Positions 25,921 through 38,160 of a stretch of DNA of 64,000 nucleotides are shown here, in pieces. A program made the translations under genes and the position numbers. Numbering within the stretch: position 1 is the stretch's first letter; every line of letters starts with the position of its first letter. Below the pieces are notes generated by a model, which was not told the DNA's origin, searched no databases, and saw only the letters and a list, made by a program, of their open reading frames with translations. This DNA is from Squalus acanthias (taxonomy: Eukaryota). Location of the stretch: the NCBI GenBank assembly GCA_030390025.1, contig CM059431.1, positions 122,390,001-122,454,000 of the forward strand, given 5' to 3'.

Positions 25921-27737
25921 GGGCCGGAATTTTCCAGTGTGGTAGTGGGCGTGATCAGTGGCAGGTCGGGTGGGAAAGTTGTTATTTTTGACAGTGGGCC
26001 GGGAACTCGCTGTCATCTCGCACCCACGCACCTTTCCCCCAGGCATGTCTGTCATCGCGGAGCCAACCCGACCGGCAGCGGCGGGCGACCCAATTGAAAT
26101 CAATATCAGGTAGTCTACAGGCACTTAAGAGCCATATTCCTTACTTTTTAAATTTTCTGCATGGCCACGGGGTTCACGCAGCTCGGGAACAACGTCTGTC
26201 AGCCTGAGGCGGGAGTTCAGTGGCCATTGCTCCAGCTGATTACTTGATAGCATCAAATGTACAATAAAAGCTCCCACCTGACAGATGTTCACTTTCCTCA
26301 GGCAGAAGCTGTTGATCAGTAATTTTCCAGCACAGATTCTGCAGGCTGCAAGTGTTTCCAGCAAAGTCTCCATCCAGTGTCGCCTCATTGGAAGAACTCT
26401 CTCACCATTGACAGATTTCTTCTGTCATCTAAACTTCACCTGCCATCCATTCCATCAACATGGGTGCCGTTTATACTGTCTCACCTTGGTCCTCAGAATC
26501 ATACCACAATGAGCCCCAACACAACCAGCACCAGGCACACCAGCAGCACCAACAACAACACCAACCTTCTCCGCAATCACCTGATGCTGCACAGGACACA
26601 GGGCATCAGCACCCAACCACATTGCTGCCCGGGAGGCCAAGGATGGCCTCATCATGGCCAGATTTAGTTAGCTTTACACTGTGCACCCATATGGCTGCCA
26701 CATCATGCGCCAGGTTGGCACCACCCCACACCAACACCATAAAGCATCCTTACAATGCCCAAGCCATTCCTTTCACACTCATCACCATCGCCGGGGGAGG
26801 TGGGTGGGGGGGGGGGGGGCTACCGTTATGTCTCACCATTCACTGCAACTCACTAAGTCACTTCCAAAGGTGCACACAAATCTGTCCAAGATCGGAAAGT
26901 GTTGAAAATAAGGATTTTTATGTTTGACACCACATTAACAGAAACTTTACATAAACATTGCATAAAACACCCAAGTGGCTACCCTTGTGTGTTTTTAGTT
27001 GGTATGATTGCACTAGAATGAGGGTGAATGTGGGGGCTGGCTAGTGAGATGGAGATGTAATAATCTAGATAGAGAGAGGGATGGGTGGACGTGCAAGGTA
27101 TGTTGGTGTGCGTAAGCAAGTGCAGGAGTACGGTAGGGAAAGCAGAGTGATGGGGATGTGATGAGTGGCACAGCAGGATGCAGTTGAGTGTGGCTTTATA
27201 CCAACATTTCCTGATCTAATGAGATCATTGAAACGTTTGTGACACTGCACCCAGGTCCTCCTGAACACATCTCTGCTTGTGACCTCCTTTGCAATCTGCA
27301 ATCAGGCTGTCTTGGTTCTCCTGGGGGGTCTCTTCCGCCCATCGGAAGGTAAGAGGACCTCCCTACGTGCTGTGACTCCCTCCATAAGCATATGAAAGGA
27401 GTCATTAGAGAACCTGGATGCAGCCCTGCACCTCTGTGTAGTGATTGTCAGTGTTTGCAGCACTTCAATGCTGTAGAACACTGACAGCACTATGTTACAT
27501 TGACATTCAAATATAATGTGGCCATGTTCCCTTTAAGGATCCCGACTGAAAATGCATCATGAATGACGTCACCAGACCCGTTCCATCTCATTGGGCTGGG
27601 TAACGCGCTGGGTGGGCTTAATAGGCCCCATTAAGGTAAGTTCATTTTCTACAGCGGGATGGAGCCAGCAGCGGGGTCGTGACCCTCCACGGACACCGGC
27701 CTGCACTGGACCCGTCCAGGCAGGCAAAATTCTGGCC
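25921..27737 (-). mobile_element. Non-autonomous Harbinger element, copy 3, inserted in a CR1
   Basis: TIRs gggccggaatttt / aaaattctggcc; collinear with copy 1; Myb exon frameshifted. Confidence 0.92.
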
Positions 27738-29076
27738 ATAGGCTTTTCAGCCTATAAATGGAAATCGGGAGAAAAGCATAATGGGTGGCTGATCCAATAT
27801 GTGCGGTTTTACACTATCGCCCAAAGCCAAAATAACCCCCGAAGTGATTCTAACATGTGGAATAAATTTCTAGATAGAATCGTGAAGGCAAATCATTGAA
27901 GAAACACCTGGATACTACAATGTGGGGACATTAGAATCTCTCTGAATGGATGCATTGAAATGGATTCATTGATATTGCAATCTTCTGTGAAAAGTTTGCT
28001 CCAGGGTCTTGGTCTGTAGCACACTAGACTGGGGATTCAAAATCTGACCGGGGGAAGCTCTTCAAAGGCTGCAGTTAGCCATTGACGGGGAAGATGTTGA
28101 ATGGACAGAAACATAGAGTAATTGATATCCATGGCATAGTAGGGGTAGGTGGATAACACTCCACCCTTCCCTGCTGAAATTTTGGAGATCTTTCAGCACG
28201 AGTTACACCAAAGGAAACTAACTCTATTTGGGACTCAAGACCACCCTCCAGTAAAAGCATAGGTGCAAGTTGCATCAGAGAGATTCCAGCTGAGTTCATG
28301 CAGTCACCCAGGTCCCTTGCACCTGGCTGCAAATGAGGAAGAAGTTTGCTAGTATCAGGAGGAAAGTGATAGGAAGAGTTCTCCTCACTATTGCACACAC
28401 TTCTAGTAGGACCCATCAAGGGTGGCATGAACCGAAGATGGAAACTTCCAAACCTTTTGGAAGGTACCATTTAAAGTACTGTCCACAGCCTTTGGTCTTG
28501 TTAACACTATCATCATTCCAAAGTTGCACAGCCTCCTTTCCCTTGAGGTGCAGGTGACAAACATAATACAGAAAATTCTGCGCAATGCATTTACAATTTT
28601 CCAGCATGTGCTGGCTGGGTGCAAGATACCACTGGTGGTGTGAGGCCTTGCAACATTAACCCTATTGAATACCGACCCTTCTTTGTAAGTCATAGAATGA
28701 ATATGGAATCCTGCTCCCCACATAGGGGCTACCTGACACACAATGACCGAGAAATTTGATCGTGCTGCGCCCGTTTTAAAAGGCATAAAACAGACACCTA
28801 AGGGTCCAATATGGTGGATGCCGAGCGCGCGTTCATTCCACTCCAGAAGTACACCGTCCATCATATGGGATCGGGCTCCACCATAGTGGTCCAGGGTGGG
28901 CACTGGAAGTATTTAAAATGCTCATTAAAATATTTAATGAAGGGTCCGATGCGTATTCTAGGACCCTTTTGTGAAATTGATCTGCCCCAGCGCCTGACTC
29001 ACCATGTGATAAACTCACTCAGCAAATCATGATACTAACAGGCAGCAAGGACCCTGCAGGAGCACTATTTAAAGGG

Positions 29077-30995
29077 TGATGTCAGGAAACACTTCTTTAC
29101 TCAAAGGGTAGTGGAAATCTGGAACTCTCTCTTTCTCTCTCGCTCAAAAAACTGTTGAGGCTAGAACAAGTGAAAATTTCAAAACTGAAATTGATAGGTT
29201 TTTGTTAGACAACGGTATCAAGGATTATGGAACTAAGGTGGGTAGAAGCAGTCAAGATACAGATCAGCCATGTAAGTGGTGACCTGCGGCTCTGTGCTTA
29301 GCCTGGGTGCTAGTGCGAGGTTAGGCCTTGTTGCCTGTTCTGGTCTCCAGCCAGCCTGCTAACACTAGACACCTGTGAGTGGTTCGACCCACTCGCCCTT
29401 ACGGTTCTGACACTGGACTTAGGTGCGAGAGCAATAATGCAGAGAAAAACTCAGGTAGACCCGGTCAAATAGTGCGAAATGGAAAATCTTTATTGCATAT
29501 TATTCAAGATTACGAGATACATGTCATAAGCACAGATTAATGACAGTACAATCTTACACACAGTTATGTAACTAATTTTAGGGAAACGAGGAGCGCATGA
29601 CACATCGTAAAAAGGGGCACACATTATACTTATCCTTAAAAAACTTAAACCCTCCCCTATCAATACCTGTCCTAATCTAGATTTGTAGGATCGAGACTCA
29701 TGCTCACCACTCGTGATAACTCGGAGAATTCCGAAACTCTGCTCGGATGTTTTTACCGCAGCACCTGACTATCCACGTGCTGATCAGGGGTCTCTGTACC
29801 CCACTTGTTTACTCGTTTCTGCTCCGGCTAGCAGGCTGGACCGTCTGCTGTCATGAAGATCTGTGTTGTCCTCGGAGTTCCGATACTACTCGAAGAAGAG
29901 TCTTCCTGTGCCCTCACCAGTTTGTAAAAATCAAAGAAAAGTCTTCCTGGGCAAAGGAGTGTTTATTCGACTTACAGGCGCGGTCGGGGCTTACTGACCG
30001 TGGCGATACGTATTGTCGTCTTCTTCTCTTCTCATCTCATCTCATCTCCTCTCGGGGCTTCGGTTCCCACACCGTTTACCGACTTCTCGGGATGGTGTGC
30101 CCGTTTCAAGGCCTCACAGCCCAGTTCTACACAGATCTTCGCGGCAAGCCACGAGGTTGATCCTAGCGGATCAGAGTCCAGAGCCGTCAGGCAAGAGAAT
30201 AAAAGTTCAACAGTCTTCCAGCGAGTCAAAGCAGCAAGTGCAAGAAGAAGCAGAGACAGCAGTCAGCAGCAAGAGTAGCAAGAGGCAAGAGCAAGCCAGA
30301 GATGGACGGTTGTACCTTACAGTTATAGTGCTGTAATTCCTCTTTTCCCGCCCAATCTTAATGTCTATCTTTTGTCAGGGTTTTGGCGCTCAAACTTCTT
30401 GTATAGGGTGATCTCCGTTTTTAATGGATTTCGGTGATACTTGTAACTGTCTGAGTACCCGTTAATACTTCTCCCATTGTGGAACCGGCTAGTAGTCTCC
30501 CTGGAGGGGTTTTGGGGCTTCCAAATGCTTTCTGTAACTACCCGCAAACGGCTCTCTCATCGTAGAGTCGTGGGGATTTTGCATATTAATGTCTTTGGAT
30601 GGGTTCTTGATCGCTCGGTACAATAGCCCTTATTCGCACCTGGGAGACCGATTCCAGAATTTATGTATAAAATGCAAACCCATCATGTCTTGTCAATTAT
30701 CTCAAATGTGCTGAGTTCTGTACGATCTTGCACAAATGTTTATTGGAACGCCATCTTGTCTGCCCATTGAAAGTCTAGAACTTTCTGCCATGAGGTGTGG
30801 CGGCCATTTTACAGGCTGTTTGTGTCCGCTTTGAAACCTGACAGCATTCTGCTGAAATAAAGCTGTTTGTACGAAACTTTATGTCTCCTTCTTATTTTAT
30901 AAAATCGCGATAATTTTGCGAATTCTACAGCCATGATCTTATTGAATGGCTCGAGGGGCTAAATGCTCCACTTCTGTTCTATGTTCCTATGTTTC
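29077..30995 (+). mobile_element. CR1 3' fragment split by a solo LTR
   Basis: CR1 sequence at 29077-29270 and 30930-30995, flanked by direct repeat ttaaaggg (29069-29076, 30996-31003). Confidence 0.85.
29271..30929 (-). mobile_element. 1659-bp solo LTR (ERV or Gypsy type)
   Basis: TGTA...TACA termini; exact 4-bp TSD gcca (29267-29270, 30930-30933) splitting the CR1 motif agatcagccatgatc; minus-strand AATAAA near 29490. Orientation inferred. Confidence 0.9.
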
Positions 30996-31152
30996 TTAAA
31001 GGGCTCATCCACTTCATACAGGTTAGTTACTGGTTTGTCCTTTTAGTCTACTTGTTAACATCTGGGTTTTTTTTGCATTCCACAATTGAATTGTGACTTC
31101 TGCTAAGAACATTTTGTCTGCCTTCAAAACTGTTTTATTGCAGTCATGCTTT

Positions 31153-31289
31153 CTGTTAACCAAAGGTATTCAGGGATATGGGCCAAAGGCGGGTAAACGG
31201 AGTTAGGTCGCAGATCAGCCGTGATTTCACTGAATGGCGGAGCAGGCTCAAGGGGCTGAAGGGCCCACTCCTGTTCCTATGTTCCTATG
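31153..31289 (+). mobile_element. Short CR1 3'UTR fragment
   Basis: gatcagccgtgat...gaatggcggagcaggctc...(ttcctatg)2 tail. Confidence 0.85.
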
Positions 31290-32969
31290 CATGGTCTGCT
31301 AGGTCTGCCTTTGGGGCTGCAAGATGAGGGAGAGTAGCCAAGAAGTCAGGAGAGAGCAGGTGCAGCTGGGAGAAGAGGAAGGAGGAGGGCACTGCGCAGG
31401 AGGCCATATCCACACTAGGTCTTCAGGGAGAACATCTCATACCTCAACTTCAGTGAGAAGCAATGTGTCAGGGGCTTTCACTGAGCTATGTCATATGCTG
31501 TAGCCACAACTGAAGCCTCATACCAGGGACATGGACAGCACTGCCTGTGGCTGTCAAGGTGACCATGATCTTTAACCTTTATGCAAAGGTCTCCTTTCAG
31601 GCTGGAGCAGGTGACTTAAGCGACATCTCCCATTTTACTGTGCACCACTGTATCATGGAGGTCACCTAGGCCTGGCACTCGACCACCATTCTACTTTCTG
31701 CCCTCCTATTATTAGCCACCTTTGCAAAGAAGAAAAATCAGTGAAGCTTCAGCAGAAATAGTACAATTGATTCTGACCGAAAAAGGCAATCTGCTGTAAT
31801 ATTTTTTTCACAGAACCATTTGTGATCTTTGGGCAGAAGGCCTGTTCATAAGTAACAACCTTATTGTAAACATTATTACAAAACATTGTGAAAGGTAATG
31901 ACATTCATTAAGCTGGTCCATTAAGTTTGGATCCCTTTGGATCAGTTTAGTTAGTCACTTTGTGCACAGCCATTTCATTACCTTTCACAAATCAACTTGA
32001 ACATCCTTATCCTTGCTTTCAACTTTCTCCATGACTTCACCTCAGCCAGCCTCAGGAACCCTCTCCACCCCTATACCCCTGCACCCATGCAGTAAATTCT
32101 GAATTATGGACTGCTTTGTACTGCAGACACATATCTACTGGGAGATGGATTAGTACTGTTTACACTCATTTTATTTAACCAGCAGAAAGAGGAGACTTTC
32201 ACCCTGTCATTCTGAAGTTCATGACAGTGAAAAGACTTACCCATTATGCCAGCATGGATGTTTGAACAAAAACAAATCTTCTTGCTCTGGCTAAAGCCAC
32301 AGATAATAACTTCTCAACTGGCAATCTCTAGAATGATATGAATCGTAGTTCAAGTTGTATAAAAAAATAGCCTTTAGACACAGGGTCATCTGTGCAAATG
32401 TGCTGCCAGTATTTAATAAAGGTATAATAAAAATAATAATGTCTATGAATCAACAATATCTTGCATAGCACTGCTGAATCATCCAAGCACTGTGCTTGAT
32501 CAGAGTAGCAATCCTGAAAGTCTGGAATATGTCAGCGCATGTTGATAATTATTGTCGTAATAGCAGAATGCTCAAATGGACGATCATATTAAGTCAACAG
32601 ATTTATCATCAATTTGCTACCAAAATGATTGTAACATATGGGTCCCCTGTTATTATTGCAGTTCCAGACTGGTGTGAAGTTTGTGAATTACTGTCTTATC
32701 CAGTCGATGCTTGCAGCCAGTTACCTTTCCCATCAGACTAGAGAGCGCTGAAAATAGACAAGTGCAAAAAAAAACAAGTGTAAAGGTTTAATTTGGAGTT
32801 GCACATGGGATCCAATGTGGCTTCGACTTTACTTAGAGTTGTTTCACTGTTCACCAGGAGCCAAGTAAGAAGCTGGGCAGATCACTCCTCCAAGATCTCT
32901 GCCAATGTTACTATTAGAATAGCTGTGAGAAATAATATAAGTTTGAACCTGAGTGCCTCTTCTGACTTA

Positions 32970-34234
32970 GCAGGCATGATTTTCTCTGTTATACCAACTG
33001 AAATTAGACAGTACAGCAGTGAAAAATGAAGAGAAATGGGATGGAGAGGTCTACTGCTGGGGGCCCGGCCCTGCCAGTGGCATCAGAAAATTTCCTTCCC
33101 TCCTCCCAAGCAAGGAACTCGGCTGCCCACTCCTTAACGACCCTGACTCATTTAAATGAGAGTGAGGGTCAGGGCTCAGGAAACCGGCTGAGTTCCCTGC
33201 CTCCTGCCTCAACTGCCGAACTCAGAGACCGCCAGAACAGAGGAGGCAGTGGCAGAAAGCCCGCCATTGCCAACATTAGAGAGACATGGCCTAATAGTGG
33301 ACACCTCCCTGTCTTCAAACTCTTTAGCTGCAGCCAGAAGGCCCACAGCTCAGTAAGAGCCTCCTTCTCAAATTTAAGAAAAACCTTTGGTGTTGGATTT
33401 TCCAAGCCCCGAGGAGGCGGGCATGGAGGCGGGACAGCCGGTAAATTCGGAGAAAGTGGGGGTGGATGGCAAACCCACCCCCATCCCACCTCCGTGTCCT
33501 TTTGCCAAGAGGCGGGAAGATGTGCAGCTTCGGGTCCCGTCTCCTGGAGGCGGGAAAGGCATTTAATCCTTTTAACTGCCTGTTAACAGGTAGCTAACAG
33601 GCAGAAAAAAGGATTAGTGCCATTTTACCTTCACAGGTGAAGGCTTCCCGACCTCGGAGAACCCCGGCGGGGTGGAGGAGACATGAAGGAGGTCTGCGGC
33701 GGTCGGAGGCACCTGGAAGTAAGATGTAGAGGTGAGTGATGGGTGCAAGTGTGGAGTGGTAAATATGCAAGGTGAGTGATAAGTGTAAAAAATGTCCACT
33801 TACCTTGTTTTCTTCCTACAGCCTTCAGCCGCGCTGGATCGGGAGAGACGACATCCTCCTTGTCAATTTCACAGACTGGCTGTTGGAACCTCCGAACCAA
33901 CAGCCATGTGAAATTTACAAAGTTGAAAGGTTTGATGAGTCCTGAACACAAGAACTCATCAAACTAAAGAGAATGTCAGTGTTTGACAGCTTCACAGAGC
34001 TGTCAAACGCTGACCTTTCTTCTTTCAAGAAGTCTTGACAGATAGCACATCTGACGTTGACGTGCTCTGTCAGTGACTTCCTCCCTAATTGGCCTGCTGA
34101 GCCCACAGGGCGGGCTTAACAAGCTCAATCAGGGGAAAATCCCTCTGGTTGGTCAGGCGAGGATGAAGGCGGGACATTGACACGACAAGCAGCAGTCCCG
34201 CCTCCAACTTGACTCCATTCACAAAATCCAGCCC
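32970..34234. mobile_element. Harbinger-type non-autonomous element
   Basis: Right end aaaatccagccc identical to the TIR of 45634-46339; GC-rich subtermini. Left end uncertain. Confidence 0.5.
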
Positions 34235-34387
34235 TTGGTGTCGCTCTGTCCCCTTTAAGACATCCTTCTGTTCCAGTGCCATAAAGTTATACTGGTCATC
34301 AGGAGCTCACTCTACATATTTAATGAGCCCGAACTTGGAAAATGTGTCAGATGCACAGAGAGGTCGGGGCAACAGGGGGAAATTATA

Positions 34388-34825
34388 CCATAGAATCATA
34401 GAATGATACAGCACAGGAGGCTATTCGGCCCATCAAGCCTGTGCTGGCTCTTTGAAAGAGCTACCCAATTAGTCCCACTTCCCTGCTCTTTCCCCATAGC
34501 CCTGCAAATTTTGCCTTTTCAAATATATATCCAATTCCGTTTTGAAAGTTACTATTGAATCTGGCACCATCCTTTCAGGCAGTACATTACAGATCATAAC
34601 TCGCAGCATAAAAATAATTCTCCTCATCTCCCCACTAGTTCTTTTGCCAATTAGCTTAAATCTCTATCCTCTGGTTATTGACCCTACTGCCTTATTTCCT
34701 CTATCAAACCCCTCATAATTTTGAAAACCTCTATTAAATCTCCTCTTCACCTTCTCTGCTCTAAGGAGAACAATCTCAGCTTCTCTAGTCTTTCCACATA
34801 AACAAAGTCCCTAATCCCTGCTCCT
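34388..34825 (-). mobile_element. CR1 3' fragment
   Basis: (catagaat)2 tail at left; reverse complement of the 18115-type 3' end. Confidence 0.85.
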
Positions 34826-35174
34826 TTGGTGAACATGCTCCGGAAGAAAATCCATCCCAGCACCTCCTAAGAGTACAACTGAAATTGGGAACTCACTCTA
34901 TGGGGAATGATCTGCCTATCCATTATAAAACGTTCAAAACATTGTACAATGTAATAAAAATTCTGTGCCTCAGACCAAAAGGGGAAGATTTATTCTGTTG
35001 ATAGCAAAATCATAAACACATTCTTTATACTCACATTTACAATCTTACTACAAATGGAGAACAGTAGAAACCTTCTCCCAAGATGTTTTCTGCAAGTTGC
35101 AGAGTTGCTTCACCAAACAATCCGTAGGCAATCATCAAGAAGGCTGTGTTCATCAATGTAAGAGAATGACAGAG

Positions 35175-35510
35175 TGCCCCTATAGCTCGGTCAGTAAATG
35201 TCCTGCCCAATGTGGTACTGAGCCATACAGATGAGGAAGGTATTAGGTCGGTGCAGAGTTAGTTTATCTCAGGCATAGTGGTATCGGTGGTTCTGTTGCG
35301 CTCTGAGGCTCTTGACTAAGGGAGAGAAAAATCAGCTAGGGTTCTCACTCCTGAATACTCTCCAGTCATTCCTGCTGGAAAATGTGCATGTGTAGACATT
35401 ATCTGAGGCTGGGATTAGGATTGGCTGTGATACACATCCCTCTCCTCCTCCTCATAGTCAAATAGAATGCTCACTTTCTAAACTTACCCACAAAGAAGGG
35501 CCACGAGGAT
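35175..35510 (+). mobile_element. AmnSINE2-like tRNA-derived SINE
   Basis: tagctcggtcagtaaatg...tgtggtactgagccatacag...aaaatcagctagggttc...cctgctggaaaatgtgc. Recognised from memory of the AmnSINE2 consensus. Confidence 0.6.
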
Positions 35511-36907
35511 TGACATGAATCTTGTCATTCATGTGGAAATGACTTATGAAATAATACTGGGCGGCCTGCTGGTGGCACTGTCCAGGGAGAGTATAAATAG
35601 TCGGGCATGGGCCCAGCTTGCTCAGGACATTCTTTAAAAGGAACTAGTGAAGGACACAACTAGACCTCCACGTTGAAAAACAGTTGATTAAAGCTTTGTT
35701 TAACGCTTAGACCAAGTGCCTAGTAGTTTTCTTACGTCAAGGATGGCTTACCACTACACCCCAGCATTAGCTTGTTGTCTTCAGGAGAAAAGGAGGTCAT
35801 TTTGGGGAGGGAGATGGGTGGTTGAGAGGTGGGGGTGCAGAGAAGGATTGCAATAAAAAAAATATAGAAATGAGAAATAGTCCTAGAATTTGGATTTAGA
35901 AACTGTATCAGTTCAACAATACACTTAAAGCTAGAAATTGGATATGGCCCAAAAACGGGCGGTGTCATGGCCTCACGCTATTCAGCTGAGCTTATTGAAA
36001 GTGGTCGAGGTAGCACGCAAAATTCACGCTGAATGCTTATTTACATGATTATAGTGCTGATCTCAGCGCGAAACATGCTGCTTATTGGCTTACCACTCAA
36101 CAGGTGGACCCATATTGGGTGCAGTCTAATTGCAAGTAATGTTTAGCCTAGGCTTTCTCCACTACTTAAAGGGGAGGTTCTTTGATGCAGCAGCACCTCA
36201 TTGGCATCAGAGTTGGAGCTCCATTTGGATTCAGTACTGAACTTGCAAGAGATAGCTGAGCAGCAGCAGAGGGAAAGAGTTAGACAGTTCTCAGATGCGG
36301 CTATGGAGGCACTGGTAGTGGCCATGGAGAGGAGGCGGGCTGTCCTCTTCCTGCAGACTAGCAGGAAACTATCTGCCCATACATCTAGAAGGCTTTGGCA
36401 TGACATATCTGGACACGTGATGGCCAACATTGTAGTCCCCAGTTTAATGACCTCACACGGCAGGTGAAGGCTTCAGCAAGTGCTATATCCCACCATCTGC
36501 ACCACAAACCTCACACACTGTCCAATGCTCCACACTCCCATCACTCACCTACCAATAATCTCTACCTATCACCACTCAGACCTCACAATCATGGCTTCAC
36601 TTCACCCTCATAACCTTACCACTGCTGCAATGCTCACACCCACATTTCACACCTTGCATATACTGACAGCTATTCAAGTATGGCAGGCACATCACCCAAA
36701 CATATTTCACCACACTCACTCACACACTTCCCTTTTTCTAAGGCTAAGGTCGCTCACAATCGCCGGGAGCAGTGGCAGACAGGTGGGGGGCAAGCCGCAA
36801 TACAGGCCTTGAGCCAACTGGAGGAGAGAGTGCGTGACATCATTGGAGGGGAAGTCACCTAGGCCGTGGCAATGGGTGAAGTTGAAGCCCTTGAGGACAA
36901 CAACGGT

Positions 36908-37243
36908 ATAAGAATATAAGAATATAAGAATTAGGAGCAGGAGTAGGCCACCCTTTGAGCCTGCTCCGCCATTCATGGCTGATTTCGACCTCAACCTCAC
37001 TTTACCGCCAATCCCTGTATCCCTTGATTCCCCTACAGTCCAAAAATCTATCAATCTCAGCCTTGCATATACTCAACGACTGAGCATTCACAGCCCTTTG
37101 GGGTAGAGAATTCCAAAGATTCACAACCCTCTGAGTGAAGAAATTCCTTCTCATCTCAGTCTTAAATGGCCGACCCCTTATCCTGAAACTATGCCCCCTA
37201 GTTCTAGACTTTCTAGCCAGGGGAAACAACCTCTCAGCATCTA
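36908..37243 (-). mobile_element. CR1 3' fragment
   Basis: TRGHSFRIRG..RRNFFTQRVVNLWNSLP; (ataagaat)n tail. Confidence 0.9.
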
Positions 37244-37455
37244 ATACAACAGCAAAATACTGCGGATGCTGGAAATCTGAAATAACAACAGAAAGTGCTG
37301 GAAAGTGCTGGAAATACTCAGCAGGTCAGGCAGCATCGAAGAGAGGAGAAACCTTGAAGGGTTCGACCCTGAAACGTTGACTCTGTTTCTCCTTCTCCTC
37401 TCTTCGATGCTGCCTGATCTGCTGAGTGTTTCCAGCACTTTTTGTTGTTATTTCA
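37244..37455. mobile_element. Inverted pair of Penelope-like 3' fragments (fold-back)
   Basis: Arms of about 60 bp are near-perfect reverse complements; partial hammerhead stem II-GAAACGTT at the centre. Confidence 0.75.
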
Positions 37456-37857
37456 TTCTCTCAGCAGCTATGCTTATTCGGTCAGCTGGTCACAATTAAC
37501 ACAGGCCGGTAAGTTGAGCAGCGCACTCCAAAATGGCAGATTGGGCATCAGGTGAGTGTTGCACACTTACTGACGTCACGATCTGCATAATCTCCATATT
37601 GCTAGTGAGCGCGGACATCGGCAGCAATGCCGTCCAGCCAAAAATTGCGGCCGCTGTTTAACCCGCCGGCAGTGTGCAGAGGTGCGGCAGCCACCAATTT
37701 TGTTCCCAAAATGGGCCTTAACGGCCGGCGCTAAATCCCCGAATTTCTAGGCCTCAAACTCTCAAGTTCAACTTTACAGTTTTGTTATTGAAAACAAACT
37801 ATATAACATTTATCTCAACCTGCTTTTGTTACATATCAAACTCTTGTTACAAAGAAT

Positions 37858-38160
37858 TACACAATAATTACAAGATGGAAACAGGCCATTTGGTGTTTAT
37901 CCTCCACACGAACAATTGTTATAATCCCATGTTCCCGCCCTGTACCCATATGTTTATTCCCCTTTTCTTCAACCGCTTACTCTTAAATGTTAACATAGGC
38001 CAGGGCTGATCTCCGCTTTGGTCACTAACTCCAGTAGTGCATTCTAGAGCCTCACAACCCTCTGTGTAAAAAAGTTTCTCCTGCTCTTTGTCCTAAATAT
38101 CTTAAATTTCAATTACTCTCTATGTTCTCTCATTCTCGACCCCTCCACCACTGGAAACAA
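37858..38160 (-). mobile_element. Degenerate CR1 3' fragment
   Basis: ctcacaaccctctgtgtaaaaaagtttctcct is the reverse complement of the RRNFFTQRV motif. Confidence 0.7.

Larger units (their letters stand above)
28746..31680 (+). mobile_element. Harbinger transposase-end fragment hosting CR1 and LTR insertions
   Basis: 31290-31680 encodes RRRALRRRPYPH..SYLNFSEKQC..ALPVAVKVT..SFQAGAGDLSDIS (HARBI1-like N-terminus). Left boundary approximate. Confidence 0.7.
35927..37753 (+). mobile_element. Harbinger derivative with Myb exons 1-2, nested CR1 and Penelope-like pieces
   Basis: Ends gctagaaatt / aatttctaggcc. RERVRQFSDAAMEALVVAMERRRAVLF..LW; exon 2 from 36743 AKVAHNRREQWQTGGGQ. Confidence 0.85.

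Noticed and set aside
27760..28740. Possible ancient coding or LINE remnant
   Set aside because: No diagnostic motif could be read in any frame.
29747..30336. Overlapping ORFs inside the long LTR as viral accessory genes
   Set aside because: Non-ATG or low-complexity frames with no recognisable motif; cannot be supported without a provirus.
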